DNA from: Planctomycetota bacterium
Lineage (GTDB): Bacteria > Planctomycetota > Phycisphaerae > WQYP01
NCBI GenBank assembly: GCA_048498455.1
Contig: JBEHXY010000001.1
Coordinates: forward strand, 1 to 49,428
DNA length: 49,428 nt
Direction of reading: 5' to 3'
This document shows, one piece after another, positions 40,879 to 49,428 of this stretch (position 1 is the first letter of the stretch; each line of letters opens with the position of its first letter). A program made the translations under genes and the position numbers. Under the pieces are notes generated by a model. The model made no database searches. It was given only the letters and a program-made list of their open reading frames with translations, and was not told the origin of the DNA.

Positions 40879-40904
40879 CCCCGACCCGCCGCACCTCCCG
40901 ACAC

Positions 40905-41030
40905 CGGGTGCCACGGGTACGGCCCCAACCTCGGGGCCGTACCCGTGCCTCCTGGACGCGCCTCAAAAAATTGCACCGCAGCCTATGCCAACGTTTTGAG
41001 TTTCGCGTTTCGCGTCCTGAGCTTCCCCCC
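40905..41030 (+). repeat. repeat element copy 2 (hairpin 40912-40947); its tail overlaps the 3' end of the convergent membrane-protein gene
   Basis: See copy 1. The stem is a perfect 15 bp with the loop aacctc. Confidence 0.85.
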
Positions 41031-41519
41031 AACCACCGTCCCACCCACCATGCCCGCGCTGACCACCATCGCCGCCACCGGCAACCCGAAATAAACCGCC
41101 ACCAACCCCCACATCGTCCCCTCCGTCTTCTCCGGCTCCACGCTCATCCACGCATTCGCCACCCCTAAATTAATCAACCCCAGCACCAGGTGCACAGCCA
41201 GCAGCGCCACAATCACGCCGATTCCCCACCCAATCCCCCGCGTCCACTTCCGCATCACCATCCACCCGCCGATCCCCAGGCACGCCGCCAGCGCCACCCA
41301 CCGCGCGATCATCACCGGAAAAAACACGATCGCCGCCTCGTTCGCCCGCCCGCCCGTCTTGAACGGCGCCAGCTCCAGCCCCCACACAAACAGCAGCACC
41401 GTCGCCAGCCCCGCCCCGAACCACGCCAGCCAGAAACACACCTGCAGGGCAATCGCCACTCCCCGCGACCCCGTCCCGCCGCCGCCCGAAACACTCTCAC
41501 CGGCTGTCATCGTCGTCAT
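40983..41519 (-). CDS. hypothetical polytopic membrane protein (about 4-5 TM)
   Basis: A hydrophobic 178-aa ORF. Its last 13 codons or so (KLRTRNAKLKTLA) are encoded by the repeat tail. Possible starts are ATG 41519, GTG 41525 or ATG 41510. Confidence 0.55.
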   Translation of the reverse strand: MTTMTAGESVSGGGGTGSRGVAIALQVCFWLAWFGAGLATVLLFVWGLELAPFKTGGRANEAAIVFFPVMIARWVALAACLGIGGWMVMRKWTRGIGWGIGVIVALLAVHLVLGLINLGVANAWMSVEPEKTEGTMWGLVAVYFGLPVAAMVVSAGMVGGTVVGGKLRTRNAKLKTLA

Positions 41520-41645
41520 AACCACATCTCACACACCGGCCTCCTTCGGGCCGCGCGGCGACATGTTACCCGATCCCCTTTTCCCCCGCCGCCCCCCGCC
41601 CGCACCGCCCCCGACCCGCACCTTACCACCAATCATCCCACCCCA

Positions 41646-41673
41646 TCATTTGTCATTTGTCATTTGTCATTTA
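41646..41673. repeat. heptamer tandem repeat (TCATTTG)x3 plus TCATTTA in the spacer upstream of the membrane-protein gene
   Basis: Read directly. The tract is AT-rich in GC-rich DNA and lies between the stop of the Moco oxidoreductase gene (41690) and the start of the next minus-strand gene. Confidence 0.9.
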
Positions 41674-41689
41674 CTCATTCCCCCACCCC

Positions 41690-42319
41690 TCACTCCCACG
41701 AATACCGCTCCTCCGCCCACGGATCCCCCCGCATGTGATACCCGTTCTGCTCCCAGAACCCCGCCACATCCTTCTCCATCAGCTCAATCCCCCGCACCCA
41801 CTTCGCACTCTTCCAGAAATACAGCTTCGGTATCACCAGCCGCACCGGCCACCCATGGTCCAGCTCCAGCGGCTTCCCGTCATGCTCGATCGCGAACACA
41901 CAATCATCCCCCAGAAAATCCGCCAGCGGCAGATTCGTCGTGAACCCCTGCTCGCAATTCACCAGCACAAACTTCGCCTTCGCTCCCGCCCCGCCCGCCT
42001 TCTCCAAAACCGTCCGCGTGCTCGGCCCGCTGAACGTGTTGTTCAACCGGCTCCACCGCGTCACACAATGAATGTCGCACTTCACATCCACCCACGGCAA
42101 CGCCCGAAACTCCTCCCACCCGCAGCTCCACCCCTTCCCCACCAGTCCCTCAATCCGAAACTCCCACCCCTTCAAATCCACCCGCGGCACATTCCCATAG
42201 TGCAGCACCGGCCACTTCTTCGTCTCCGCCTGCCCCGGCGGCACCCGTCGCGCACGCTGCATGTCCTCACTCACGATCACTGGACGCCCCGCCCCACCCT
42301 GCTGCTGCCCATCACTCAT
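41690..42319 (-). CDS. sulfite-oxidase-family molybdopterin-binding oxidoreductase, small cytoplasmic YuiH-like type
   Basis: PGQAETKKWPVLHYGNVP, DIHCVTRWSRL (Mo-ligand Cys context), GWPVRLVIPKLYFWKSAKWVRGIEL. No Tat signal is present. Confidence 0.8.
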   Translation of the reverse strand: MSDGQQQGGAGRPVIVSEDMQRARRVPPGQAETKKWPVLHYGNVPRVDLKGWEFRIEGLVGKGWSCGWEEFRALPWVDVKCDIHCVTRWSRLNNTFSGPSTRTVLEKAGGAGAKAKFVLVNCEQGFTTNLPLADFLGDDCVFAIEHDGKPLELDHGWPVRLVIPKLYFWKSAKWVRGIELMEKDVAGFWEQNGYHMRGDPWAEERYSWE

Positions 42320-42404
42320 AAAGCACACCCGAAAAAGCCGCGTCTGTCATTCTATGCAGCCTTTTCTCTGCCTGCCACGCGGCCGGCATCTCACAAAGCC
42401 CCCT

Positions 42405-42752
42405 TCACCACGCGCCCGCCTGCGTTGCCAGCCACAAATCCAGGAGTCCGCAAAGCGAGCTTGTCGTGAACATCCAGATCAATTCGCCGTCCGTCAAACG
42501 CCGAGACAGCAGGATCGACAGGAGCCACCCTCCCGGCAATGCCGCAAAACTCACCACCACCAGCGCGGCAAACCCCGTCTCCACCATGCTTCCCAGGCCC
42601 GCACCACGCGGAAGCGTCTTTCCATACACCACAATCCCGATGACCCCCAGGAACAGGATCGCGCTGCCCAACCCCCATGCCCGCGCAATCCACCCGTCCG
42701 CCGTCACGGCTTTTTTCCGCTGCCCTGCATACCCCAAGGTCTGATCATCCAT
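42405..42752 (-). CDS. hypothetical small membrane protein (3 TM)
   Basis: GGAGG lies 6 nt upstream of ATG 42752. The segments are hydrophobic and no homology is recognised. Confidence 0.5.
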   Translation of the reverse strand: MDDQTLGYAGQRKKAVTADGWIARAWGLGSAILFLGVIGIVVYGKTLPRGAGLGSMVETGFAALVVVSFAALPGGWLLSILLSRRLTDGELIWMFTTSSLCGLLDLWLATQAGAW

Positions 42753-42888
42753 CCCGCACCTCCACCCCTTTCTACGACCGCCTCCCTTCCGAAGTTCACC
42801 CCGCGCAAAAAAGAACGGAGACCGCGCGCCAGCGGCCTCCGTCCAGATAGAACCATGAAACATGGTTCCGGCTTCTCTTCCTCGCGGG

Positions 42889-43710
42889 TTACTTCGACTT
42901 CTGCGCCGCCGTCTCCCACAGGTAAAACACCGTGTACGCCTTCACCCCATACGGGTTCGGGAACGTTTGGATCGTCTTCACCTTGGCGTTCTGCGCAAAC
43001 TCCACGTGCGCATCCCCGAACAACCCGTTCGAGCCCGCATTGTTCGCATGCGGAATCGAAATCACGTCATACACCTTGTCGCACATCAGCCACATGTTCT
43101 GCGGCAGCGTCGTCAGCTTCGTGTAAAACGCGCCCACGTACTGCCCATTCACGTTCTTCGCCTGGCTCCCTCCTACCAGTGTCGAAGTGATCGTCGGGTT
43201 CTCACCCATGTGCAGCTGGTATATGTAGCCGCCGTGATCGTTCACCGGGTCCAGGAAGTTGTAGGGATCCGTGCTCGACGTCGCCGGCTTCTGGTACATC
43301 CACGTCGTGTTGCTCTGTCCCGGGCAGTAAAACACCCGCGGATCCTTCACCGTCCCCACATCCATCGTGATCAGCTCGCGCCAGTGCGTCGTCTGCGTCC
43401 GCCCGTTCTGGAACATGAACGGCGCTACCCCGCCCTCGCCACGCCGCATGTAGTGATACGCCGTCACATTGTTGTTATACCCATAGCTCTCGTACCCGCG
43501 CCCCGTCTCCGGCGGAAGGTTGTTCTCATACTCCGCCCCATACGTGTTCAACGCAATGCCGATCTGGTGCAGGTTGCTCGCGCACGCAGTCTTCTTCGCC
43601 TGCGCTTTCGCCCGCGCAAGGCTCGGAAGCAGAATCGCGATCAGCAGCGCGATGATCGCCACCACCACCAGCAACTCAATGAGGGTAAACCCAGAGCGAC
43701 GACGTTTCAT
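42889..43710 (-). CDS. prepilin-type N-terminal cleavage/methylation-domain protein (DUF1559-like pseudopilin)
   Basis: [31 protein letters not shown] plus a C-terminal ...[11 protein letters not shown] motif. GGAG lies 6 nt upstream of the ATG. Confidence 0.85.
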   Translation of the reverse strand: MKRRRSGFTLIELLVVVAIIALLIAILLPSLARAKAQAKKTACASNLHQIGIALNTYGAEYENNLPPETGRGYESYGYNNNVTAYHYMRRGEGGVAPFMFQNGRTQTTHWRELITMDVGTVKDPRVFYCPGQSNTTWMYQKPATSSTDPYNFLDPVNDHGGYIYQLHMGENPTITSTLVGGSQAKNVNGQYVGAFYTKLTTLPQNMWLMCDKVYDVISIPHANNAGSNGLFGDAHVEFAQNAKVKTIQTFPNPYGVKAYTVFYLWETAAQKSK

Positions 43711-43864
43711 GAAGTTCTCCAAAACTGGTGCGCAGGTCAGAAGTGATCGCCTTCGCGCCCTCCTTACCGCAGTCTTCCTGCCTTCGCGGCAGATCGACAC
43801 CTGCAGATATCAGTGGGGGCAACAACGACGTCAGGAACTGTAACCCCCGCCTTCCTCTGCTGCG

Positions 43865-43880
43865 CTGTCATTTTTGACAG
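43865..43880. promoter_or_regulatory. palindrome CTGTCA-TTTT-TGACAG in the divergent pseudopilin/regulator intergenic region (candidate operator)
   Basis: Read directly. It is a perfect 6-bp inverted repeat in a locally AT-richer stretch. Confidence 0.3.
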
Positions 43881-43971
43881 TGAATCTATCCATCTTGAAA
43901 CTACTCTTCCCGCCCCTCCTTCGTTAAGCTTACCCCATCGGTTGAACCCACGGCCCTGCGGCGGAGGAAAA

Positions 43972-45117
43972 GTGCGGCGGGTACTTGTCGAATCCAGCTA
44001 CGGCTCCATCTGGCGCGAACTCATGGAAGGCATCTCCTTCTATGTCCGCGCGCAGCATGTCGCCTGGCAGATTCACTGCATCACCACCCCCGAAATCGTC
44101 ACCGGCCTCGACCGCGATGCCGACGGCCTCCTCTGCATCATCCCCAATTCCCGCGCCGACCTCGTCGCCGCCGTCAAACGCTCCCAAACCCCCGCCGTCA
44201 ACATGCTTCGCGACATCACCCCCGTTCTCCCCTCCGTCCTCTCCGACAATGAAGCCGTCGGTGAACGCGCCGCAGAATACTTCCTCGCCCGCGGCTTCCG
44301 CAGCTTCGCCTTCGTCGGCATCGACCGCACCTGGAGCGACAGCCGCCTCCGGGGTTTCACACGCCGCCTCGCCAAGGGAGACCGCCGCCCCAGCCCCCTC
44401 ATCTTTCCTCCCCGCGATGTCGACCTCAAGGCCCTCGCCAAGCCCTCCCTCCTCCGCGCCCTCGAACGCTGGCTCGCCCCCCTCCAGCCCCCGGTCGCCA
44501 TCTTCTGCGCCGCCGATTTCATCAGCCGCGCCGTCCTCGAAGCCTGCCTCCACAAAAAACTCCGCGTTCCCGAAGATGTCGCCATCCTCGGCGTCGACGA
44601 CGATTCCGCCATCTGCGACCTCTCCCCCGTCTCCCTCTCCAGCATCCCGCAAAATCTCCCGCGCATCGGCTTCGAAGCCGCCCGCCTTCTCGACGGCCAC
44701 ATGACCGGCCGCCGCCACTCCAAACGCCGCCTCCTCATCGCCCCGCGTGAAATCGTCGTCCGACGCTCCACCGACCTCATCGCCGTCGACAACCCCCAGG
44801 TCGCCGCCGCCCTCCGACGCATCCACGCCGACGATCCCCGCTCCCTCAATATGAAAACCATCCTCGCCGAGGCACGCGTCTCCAGACAGTGGCTCGACCG
44901 CCAGTTCAAGGAACTCCTCGGCCGCACCCCGAGCGAGGAAATCCGCCAGCGCAAACTGCAGGAAGCCCGCAAGCTTCTCCTCCAGACCCACCTCCCCATC
45001 CGCGAAATCGCCATCCGCTGCGGCTTTACGCAGGGCGAAAACCTCACCCGCTTCTTCACCGAATGCATGGGCGTTTCCCCGACGGAATTTCGCAAGCGAC
45101 TGGGGTCCCCGCTATGA
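43972..45117 (+). CDS. XylR-like regulator: periplasmic-binding-protein-like sugar-sensor domain fused to an AraC-type HTH
   Basis: The GTG is preceded by GGAGGaaaa. The N-terminus is RRVLVESSYGS...FVGI.... The C-terminus ARVSRQWLDRQFKELLGRTPSEEIRQRKLQEARKLLLQTHLPIREIAIRCGF...FFTECMGVSPTEFRK is an AraC HTH. Confidence 0.8.
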   Translation: MRRVLVESSYGSIWRELMEGISFYVRAQHVAWQIHCITTPEIVTGLDRDADGLLCIIPNSRADLVAAVKRSQTPAVNMLRDITPVLPSVLSDNEAVGERAAEYFLARGFRSFAFVGIDRTWSDSRLRGFTRRLAKGDRRPSPLIFPPRDVDLKALAKPSLLRALERWLAPLQPPVAIFCAADFISRAVLEACLHKKLRVPEDVAILGVDDDSAICDLSPVSLSSIPQNLPRIGFEAARLLDGHMTGRRHSKRRLLIAPREIVVRRSTDLIAVDNPQVAAALRRIHADDPRSLNMKTILAEARVSRQWLDRQFKELLGRTPSEEIRQRKLQEARKLLLQTHLPIREIAIRCGFTQGENLTRFFTECMGVSPTEFRKRLGSPL

Positions 45118-45248
45118 CCCCTTCTAAAATCTTCCGGACGTCATCCGTGATAACGATGCATCAGACCCGCCGCACCGGCGTTGGTTCGAATGCGCGTCCC
45201 TGTATCCCATCGACGTGTCTACACACCTCATCTCTCACTGGAGTTTCC

Positions 45249-47885
45249 ATGAACCGCTGCACAACCTTGCCGCTGATGCTCGCCGCCCTGCTGGCCGCAA
45301 CCCCCCTCTACGCCCAGGAAAAATTCGCCCCGCCCGCCTCCCCGCGCGTCACCTACAACTTCAACCCCAACTGGAAATTCACCAAGGAAGACCCCAACCC
45401 CGTCGCGGGCGCCGAAGCCCCTTCCTTCGATGATGCCAAGTGGGAAACCGTCTCCACTCCCCACTCCTTCAACGAAACCGACTCCTTCCGCACCATCATC
45501 TCCCACGGCGGCGGCGACCGCGGCGCCTGGAAGGGCACCGTCTGGTACCGCAAACATTTCAAAGTCCCCCAGTCCGCCCAGGGCCAGAAAGTCTTCCTCG
45601 AATTCGAAGGCATGCGCCAGGCCGCCGACATCTACCTCAATGGCAAACAGGTCGGCCTCTACGAAAACGGCGTCACCGCCTACGGCATCGATATCACCAG
45701 CGCCCTCCAGTACGGCGGCGCGGAAAATGTCCTCGCCCTCCACCTCGACAACCGCACCACCTATAAGGAAAAAGCCACCGACACCGCCTTCGAGTGGAAC
45801 GCCAACGACTTCAACCCCGATCATGGCGGCATCAACCGCCGCGTCTGGCTCCACGTCACGCCCAAAATCCACACCACCCTCCCCCTCTTCTACGGCCTCG
45901 AAACCTCCGGCACCTACGTCCACGCCGCCAACTTCAACTTCGCCAGCAAGTCCGCCGACGTCACCATCGAATCCCAGGTCGCCAACGAATCCGCAGACCG
46001 CGCCACCGTCGCTCTCTCCGCCTTCGTCGTCGATGCCGACGGCCTCGTCCGCGCCAAGTTCTCTGCCGACCCCGTCGACATGGTCGCCGGCGAAAAAACC
46101 ATCATCGAAACCACCGCACCCCTCTCCCAAGCCCGCTTCTGGTCCCCCGACGACCCCTACCTCTACAAGGTCTACACCGTCCTTACCGTCGATGGAAAAG
46201 TCGTCGACGTCAACAATCTCACCACCGGCTTCCGAAAGGCCGAATTCAAGGGCGGCGTCGGCACCGGCGGCGTCTACATCAACGACAAACCCGTCTACCT
46301 CAAAGGCTTCGCACAACGCTCCAGCAACGAATGGGCCGGCCTCGGCCAGGGCTACCCCGACTGGATGCACGACGTCACCGCCCAATTGATCCGCGATGAC
46401 CACGCCAACTACATGCGCTGGATGCATATCGCCCCCCAACGCGTCGATGTCGACTCCTTCGACCGCCACGGCATCATCCAGGTCTGCCCCGCCGGCGACA
46501 AGGAACGCGACGTCGAAGGCCGCCAGTGGGACCAGCGCCTCGAAGTCATGCGCGACTCCATCATCTACTTCCGAAACAGCCCCTCCATCCTCTTCTGGGA
46601 AGCCGGCAACACCGTCGTCTCCCCCCAGCACATGACCCAGATGATCGACATCCGCAAACAGTGGGACCCCGCCGGCGGACGCGTCATGGGCACCCGTGGC
46701 GACTCCAACAATGCCAAAAATGCCTCCATTTCCCCCATCGCCGAGTACTACGGCGTCATGATCGGCCAGGACCGCGGCGCTGAACCCGTCGCCGCCGGAC
46801 AGGACGCCATCTTCCGCGGCTTCTCCCTCGAACGCCGTGACCGCGCTCCCATCGTCGAAACCGAAGACTTCCGCGATGAAGCCGGCCGCCGCTTCTGGGA
46901 CGACTACTCCCCGCCCCATTTCGGCTTCAAAAAAGGCCCGATGGACACCTACAACTGGAACCAGGAAACCTTCGCCCTCGCCTCCATCGAACGCTACACC
47001 GCCTACTGGAACAACCGCATCCAGAACACCGACCCCCTCCATTCCCGCTGGGCCGGTTACGCCTCCATCTACTTCTCCGATTCCAACGCCGACGGCCGCC
47101 AGGATTCCTCCGAGGTCTGCCGCGTCTCCGGTAAAGTCGACGCCGTCCGCCTCCCCAAGGAAATCTACTTCGCCCACCAGGTCATGCAGAACACCAGCCC
47201 CCAGGTCCACATCATCGGCCACTGGACCTACCCCGCCGAAACCAAAAAGAACATGTACGTCGTCAGCAACACCAGGTCCGTCGAACTCTTCCTCAACGGA
47301 AAATCCCTCGGCAAATCCGACAAGCCCGTCTCCGTCCAGTTCGACCGCGACAGCAAGGTCAACGGCCTCAACCCCCAGCCCACCGGCTTCCTCTTCGCCT
47401 TCGAAAATGTCGCCTTCCAGCCCGGAACCCTCCGCGCCGTCGGCTCCTCCGATGGCAAGGAAGTCGCCTCCTATGAGCTCAAAACCGCCGGCCCCGCCGT
47501 CGCCCTCAAGCTCACCCCCCATACCTCCCCCAAGGGCCTCGAAGCCGATGGCCAGGACGCCGCCTTCTTTGACATCGAAGCCGTCGACGCCAACGGCGAA
47601 CGCTGCCCCACCGACGAAGCCCGCGTCGATTTCAAACTCGAAGGCCCCGCCATCTGGCGCGGTGGCTACAACTCCGGCATCACCAACTCCACCAACAACA
47701 CCTACCTCAACACCGAGTGCGGCATCAACCGCGTCGCCATCCGCGCCACCACCAGCCCCGGCCAGATCACCCTCACCGCCTCCCGCGAAGGCCTCAAACC
47801 CGCCACCCTCACCCTCGCATCCACCCCCTTCGAAATCAAAGATGGCCTCTCCACCCAAATGCCCCCCATCCAACCCGCCAAGTAA
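45249..47885 (+). CDS. glycoside hydrolase family 2-like protein (secreted)
   Basis: GGAG lies 6 nt upstream of the ATG, and there is a signal peptide (MNRCTTLPLMLAALLAATPLYAQ). The GH2 N-terminal domain reads WKFTKEDP...DDAKWETVSTPHSFNE...WYRKHF...FLEFEGMRQAADIYLNGKQVG. The C-terminal jelly-roll reads AFFDIEAVDANGERCP. The ORF-track extension back to 44889 overlaps the regulator gene and is rejected. Confidence 0.8.
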   Translation: MNRCTTLPLMLAALLAATPLYAQEKFAPPASPRVTYNFNPNWKFTKEDPNPVAGAEAPSFDDAKWETVSTPHSFNETDSFRTIISHGGGDRGAWKGTVWYRKHFKVPQSAQGQKVFLEFEGMRQAADIYLNGKQVGLYENGVTAYGIDITSALQYGGAENVLALHLDNRTTYKEKATDTAFEWNANDFNPDHGGINRRVWLHVTPKIHTTLPLFYGLETSGTYVHAANFNFASKSADVTIESQVANESADRATVALSAFVVDADGLVRAKFSADPVDMVAGEKTIIETTAPLSQARFWSPDDPYLYKVYTVLTVDGKVVDVNNLTTGFRKAEFKGGVGTGGVYINDKPVYLKGFAQRSSNEWAGLGQGYPDWMHDVTAQLIRDDHANYMRWMHIAPQRVDVDSFDRHGIIQVCPAGDKERDVEGRQWDQRLEVMRDSIIYFRNSPSILFWEAGNTVVSPQHMTQMIDIRKQWDPAGGRVMGTRGDSNNAKNASISPIAEYYGVMIGQDRGAEPVAAGQDAIFRGFSLERRDRAPIVETEDFRDEAGRRFWDDYSPPHFGFKKGPMDTYNWNQETFALASIERYTAYWNNRIQNTDPLHSRWAGYASIYFSDSNADGRQDSSEVCRVSGKVDAVRLPKEIYFAHQVMQNTSPQVHIIGHWTYPAETKKNMYVVSNTRSVELFLNGKSLGKSDKPVSVQFDRDSKVNGLNPQPTGFLFAFENVAFQPGTLRAVGSSDGKEVASYELKTAGPAVALKLTPHTSPKGLEADGQDAAFFDIEAVDANGERCPTDEARVDFKLEGPAIWRGGYNSGITNSTNNTYLNTECGINRVAIRATTSPGQITLTASREGLKPATLTLASTPFEIKDGLSTQMPPIQPAK

Positions 47886-47976
47886 CGCGGGCTTCCAGCC
47901 CGCAAATCGGCCGCAGCCGATGTCAAACCCCCGACGGCCGCTCCCAAAAAGAGCGGCCGTCCCCTTTTCGTCATTC

Positions 47977-49428
47977 TTATTCCATCGCCATCACAAACCC
48001 CCCACGCCCCTTCACCACAACCTCCACTTTCCCCCCCGTCACCACCACCGGCCGCTCCTCGAACAACGCCCTCTCCTTCCCATCCCCAATCACCCTCCCC
48101 TGCTTCACCCCCAACTCCCCAAGATCCAGCACCATCACCCGCTCCGCCTCCTCCCCATTGATCCCCGCCACAAACCACTTCCCCCCACCGCGCCGCGCCA
48201 TCACCACATACTTCCCCGGATACCCCTCAATCAACCGCGAATCCTCCCAAACGCTCGGCACCCCGCGCAAAAACTCCTTCACATACGCAGGCATCTTCCC
48301 CATCCCCGCCGGCGTCTCCACATAATGCTGCACCCCGCTCGTGAACAAAACGCTCAGCGCCATCTCAAACCCGCTGCTCGTCCGCCGCTGCACCCGCTCA
48401 CTGATCTTGTCCAGACACACCGGCGTGAAATCCATCGGATCAAACAAATTCCGGGTGAACGGCAGCATCGCCGCATGCGTCGGCTCTTGGTCCGCATTCG
48501 CCTGCTCAAACGTGCAATACTCAAACCCCCGGATCGCCTCCATCGTCATCAAATGCGGATACGTCCGCTCCCATCCCCGCGGCAACGTCGCCCCATGAAA
48601 ATTCACCATCAACCCATACCCCGCCGCATCCTCCAGGATGTCCTGGTAATAATTCATGAACGACTGCCCATCCCCGCCGAAAAAATCCACCTTGATCCCT
48701 TTCACCCCCATCTCCTTCAACTTCGCAAACTCGCTCACCCGCATTTCATGCGTCAACAACTTCCCCCGCGGCGTCTGCGGCGTCGTGTTCCAATCCCCCG
48801 CCGAGTTGTACCAAACCCACACCCCCACCTTCTTCCCCGCACCATACGCACACAATTCCTTCACCTTCTCATACCCGATCTGCTTGTCCCATAGCGCATC
48901 GATCAGGCAATACCCCCACCCCATCTCCGCCGCATAATCAATAAACTCCTTCTGCACTTCATACGTCGTGTTCTTGTCCCCCAGCAGCGGCCAACTCCAC
49001 GACGCCTTCCCCGGCACAGCAAACCCCTTCACCATCGCCGCCAGCTTCTCCTCCGGCTTCTCCGCCACATCCGTCCCCAGCGTGCTCTCCGCAACCACCT
49101 TCAAACTCCCCACGCAAATCACCCGCCACGGCGAAGCCCACGTCCCCTTCCCCTCCGGAAGCGCCGGCCCCCCATCCTTCACCTCCCGCACATCCGCCAG
49201 CGCCACCCCATACTCCCCCTCCCCATGCTCCCCCCGAACCCCCTCGCTCAAATGCGTCCCGCAATAACTCCGCCCCACCCCCGCCTCGCTCACCGCCACC
49301 CAGTTCTCCCCCGTCTTGAACAGCGCCGGGTACACCCACCCCGCCCCCAGCGGCGACTTCGTCCCCATCGCCACCCCCTTCTGGTAATACTCCTCATACG
49401 CCGGGTTCGATTCCATCCACCCGCTCTT
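47977..49428 (-). CDS. glycoside hydrolase family 97-like protein; the N-terminus lies beyond the window end
   Basis: GVKGIKVDFFGGDGQSFMNYYQDILEDAAGYGLMVNFHGATLPRGWERTYPHLMTMEAIRGFE resembles the SusB-type GH97 core. The frame is open to the window edge. Confidence 0.75.
   Translation of the reverse strand, partial: KSGWMESNPAYEEYYQKGVAMGTKSPLGAGWVYPALFKTGENWVAVSEAGVGRSYCGTHLSEGVRGEHGEGEYGVALADVREVKDGGPALPEGKGTWASPWRVICVGSLKVVAESTLGTDVAEKPEEKLAAMVKGFAVPGKASWSWPLLGDKNTTYEVQKEFIDYAAEMGWGYCLIDALWDKQIGYEKVKELCAYGAGKKVGVWVWYNSAGDWNTTPQTPRGKLLTHEMRVSEFAKLKEMGVKGIKVDFFGGDGQSFMNYYQDILEDAAGYGLMVNFHGATLPRGWERTYPHLMTMEAIRGFEYCTFEQANADQEPTHAAMLPFTRNLFDPMDFTPVCLDKISERVQRRTSSGFEMALSVLFTSGVQHYVETPAGMGKMPAYVKEFLRGVPSVWEDSRLIEGYPGKYVVMARRGGGKWFVAGINGEEAERVMVLDLGELGVKQGRVIGDGKERALFEERPVVVTGGKVEVVVKGRGGFVMAME

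Noticed and set aside
40495-41030. The repeat-flanked 60-aa ORF as an integron gene cassette with attC sites.
   Set aside because: Neither repeat has the RYYYAAC...GTTRRRY boundary pairs in the right geometry (only a stray GTTGGGT in copy 1). No intI integrase or attI is in the window.
44889-45248. A 120-codon N-terminal extension of the GH2 ORF overlapping the regulator gene.
   Set aside because: The extension is Pro/Arg-rich shadow sequence. A GGAG-preceded ATG at 45249 opens directly into a signal peptide.

Overview
High-GC bacterial chromosomal segment. Gene content (DUF1559-type pseudopilin, PEP-CTERM protein, XylR-like regulator beside GH2/GH97, Alternative Complex III) suggests the PVC superphylum (Planctomycetota/Verrucomicrobiota-like); this is inference only. 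From 0.75 to 16 kb there is one long + strand respiratory supercluster: actABCDEF (Alternative Complex III), a small membrane ORF, SCO1, then a caa3-type cytochrome c oxidase (subunit II fused to cytochrome c, I, III, IV and a second III-like). The middle holds a nitronate-monooxygenase-like gene, a TPR protein, moeA, yebC and a PEP-CTERM protein. It also holds a tightly packed unit: floA, an Lnt-like gene, a second Lnt-like gene lacking the catalytic Cys, and a Pro-rich ORF. The right half holds a BlaI/BlaR1-type (M56) pair with an AT-rich 28-bp palindrome upstream, trpD, several small hypothetical proteins and a HEAT-repeat protein coupled to a one-TM protein. It continues with a DegT aminotransferase, mtnA, a sugar-isomerase TIM barrel, an aldo/keto reductase and a 60-aa ORF flanked by two copies of a hairpin-containing repeat. 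It ends with a YuiH-like Moco oxidoreductase between small membrane proteins and a glycan-utilisation-like locus (pseudopilin, XylR/AraC regulator, GH2, partial GH97). I found no rRNA, tRNA, CRISPR, transposase, integrase or phage genes, and no recognisable defence or toxin system. The most unusual signals are: (1) the G-versus-C codon third-position preference of the + strand flips sign around 24.5-26.3 kb regardless of gene orientation, which suggests a replication terminus or an inversion/assembly breakpoint; (2) floA is translationally coupled to tandem Lnt paralogs, the second apparently catalytically dead; (3) a repeat family of about 125-140 bp has a 15-bp perfect hairpin core. The many very long R/H/P-rich or G/A/V-rich ORFs antisense to real genes are high-GC shadow ORFs and are not called.
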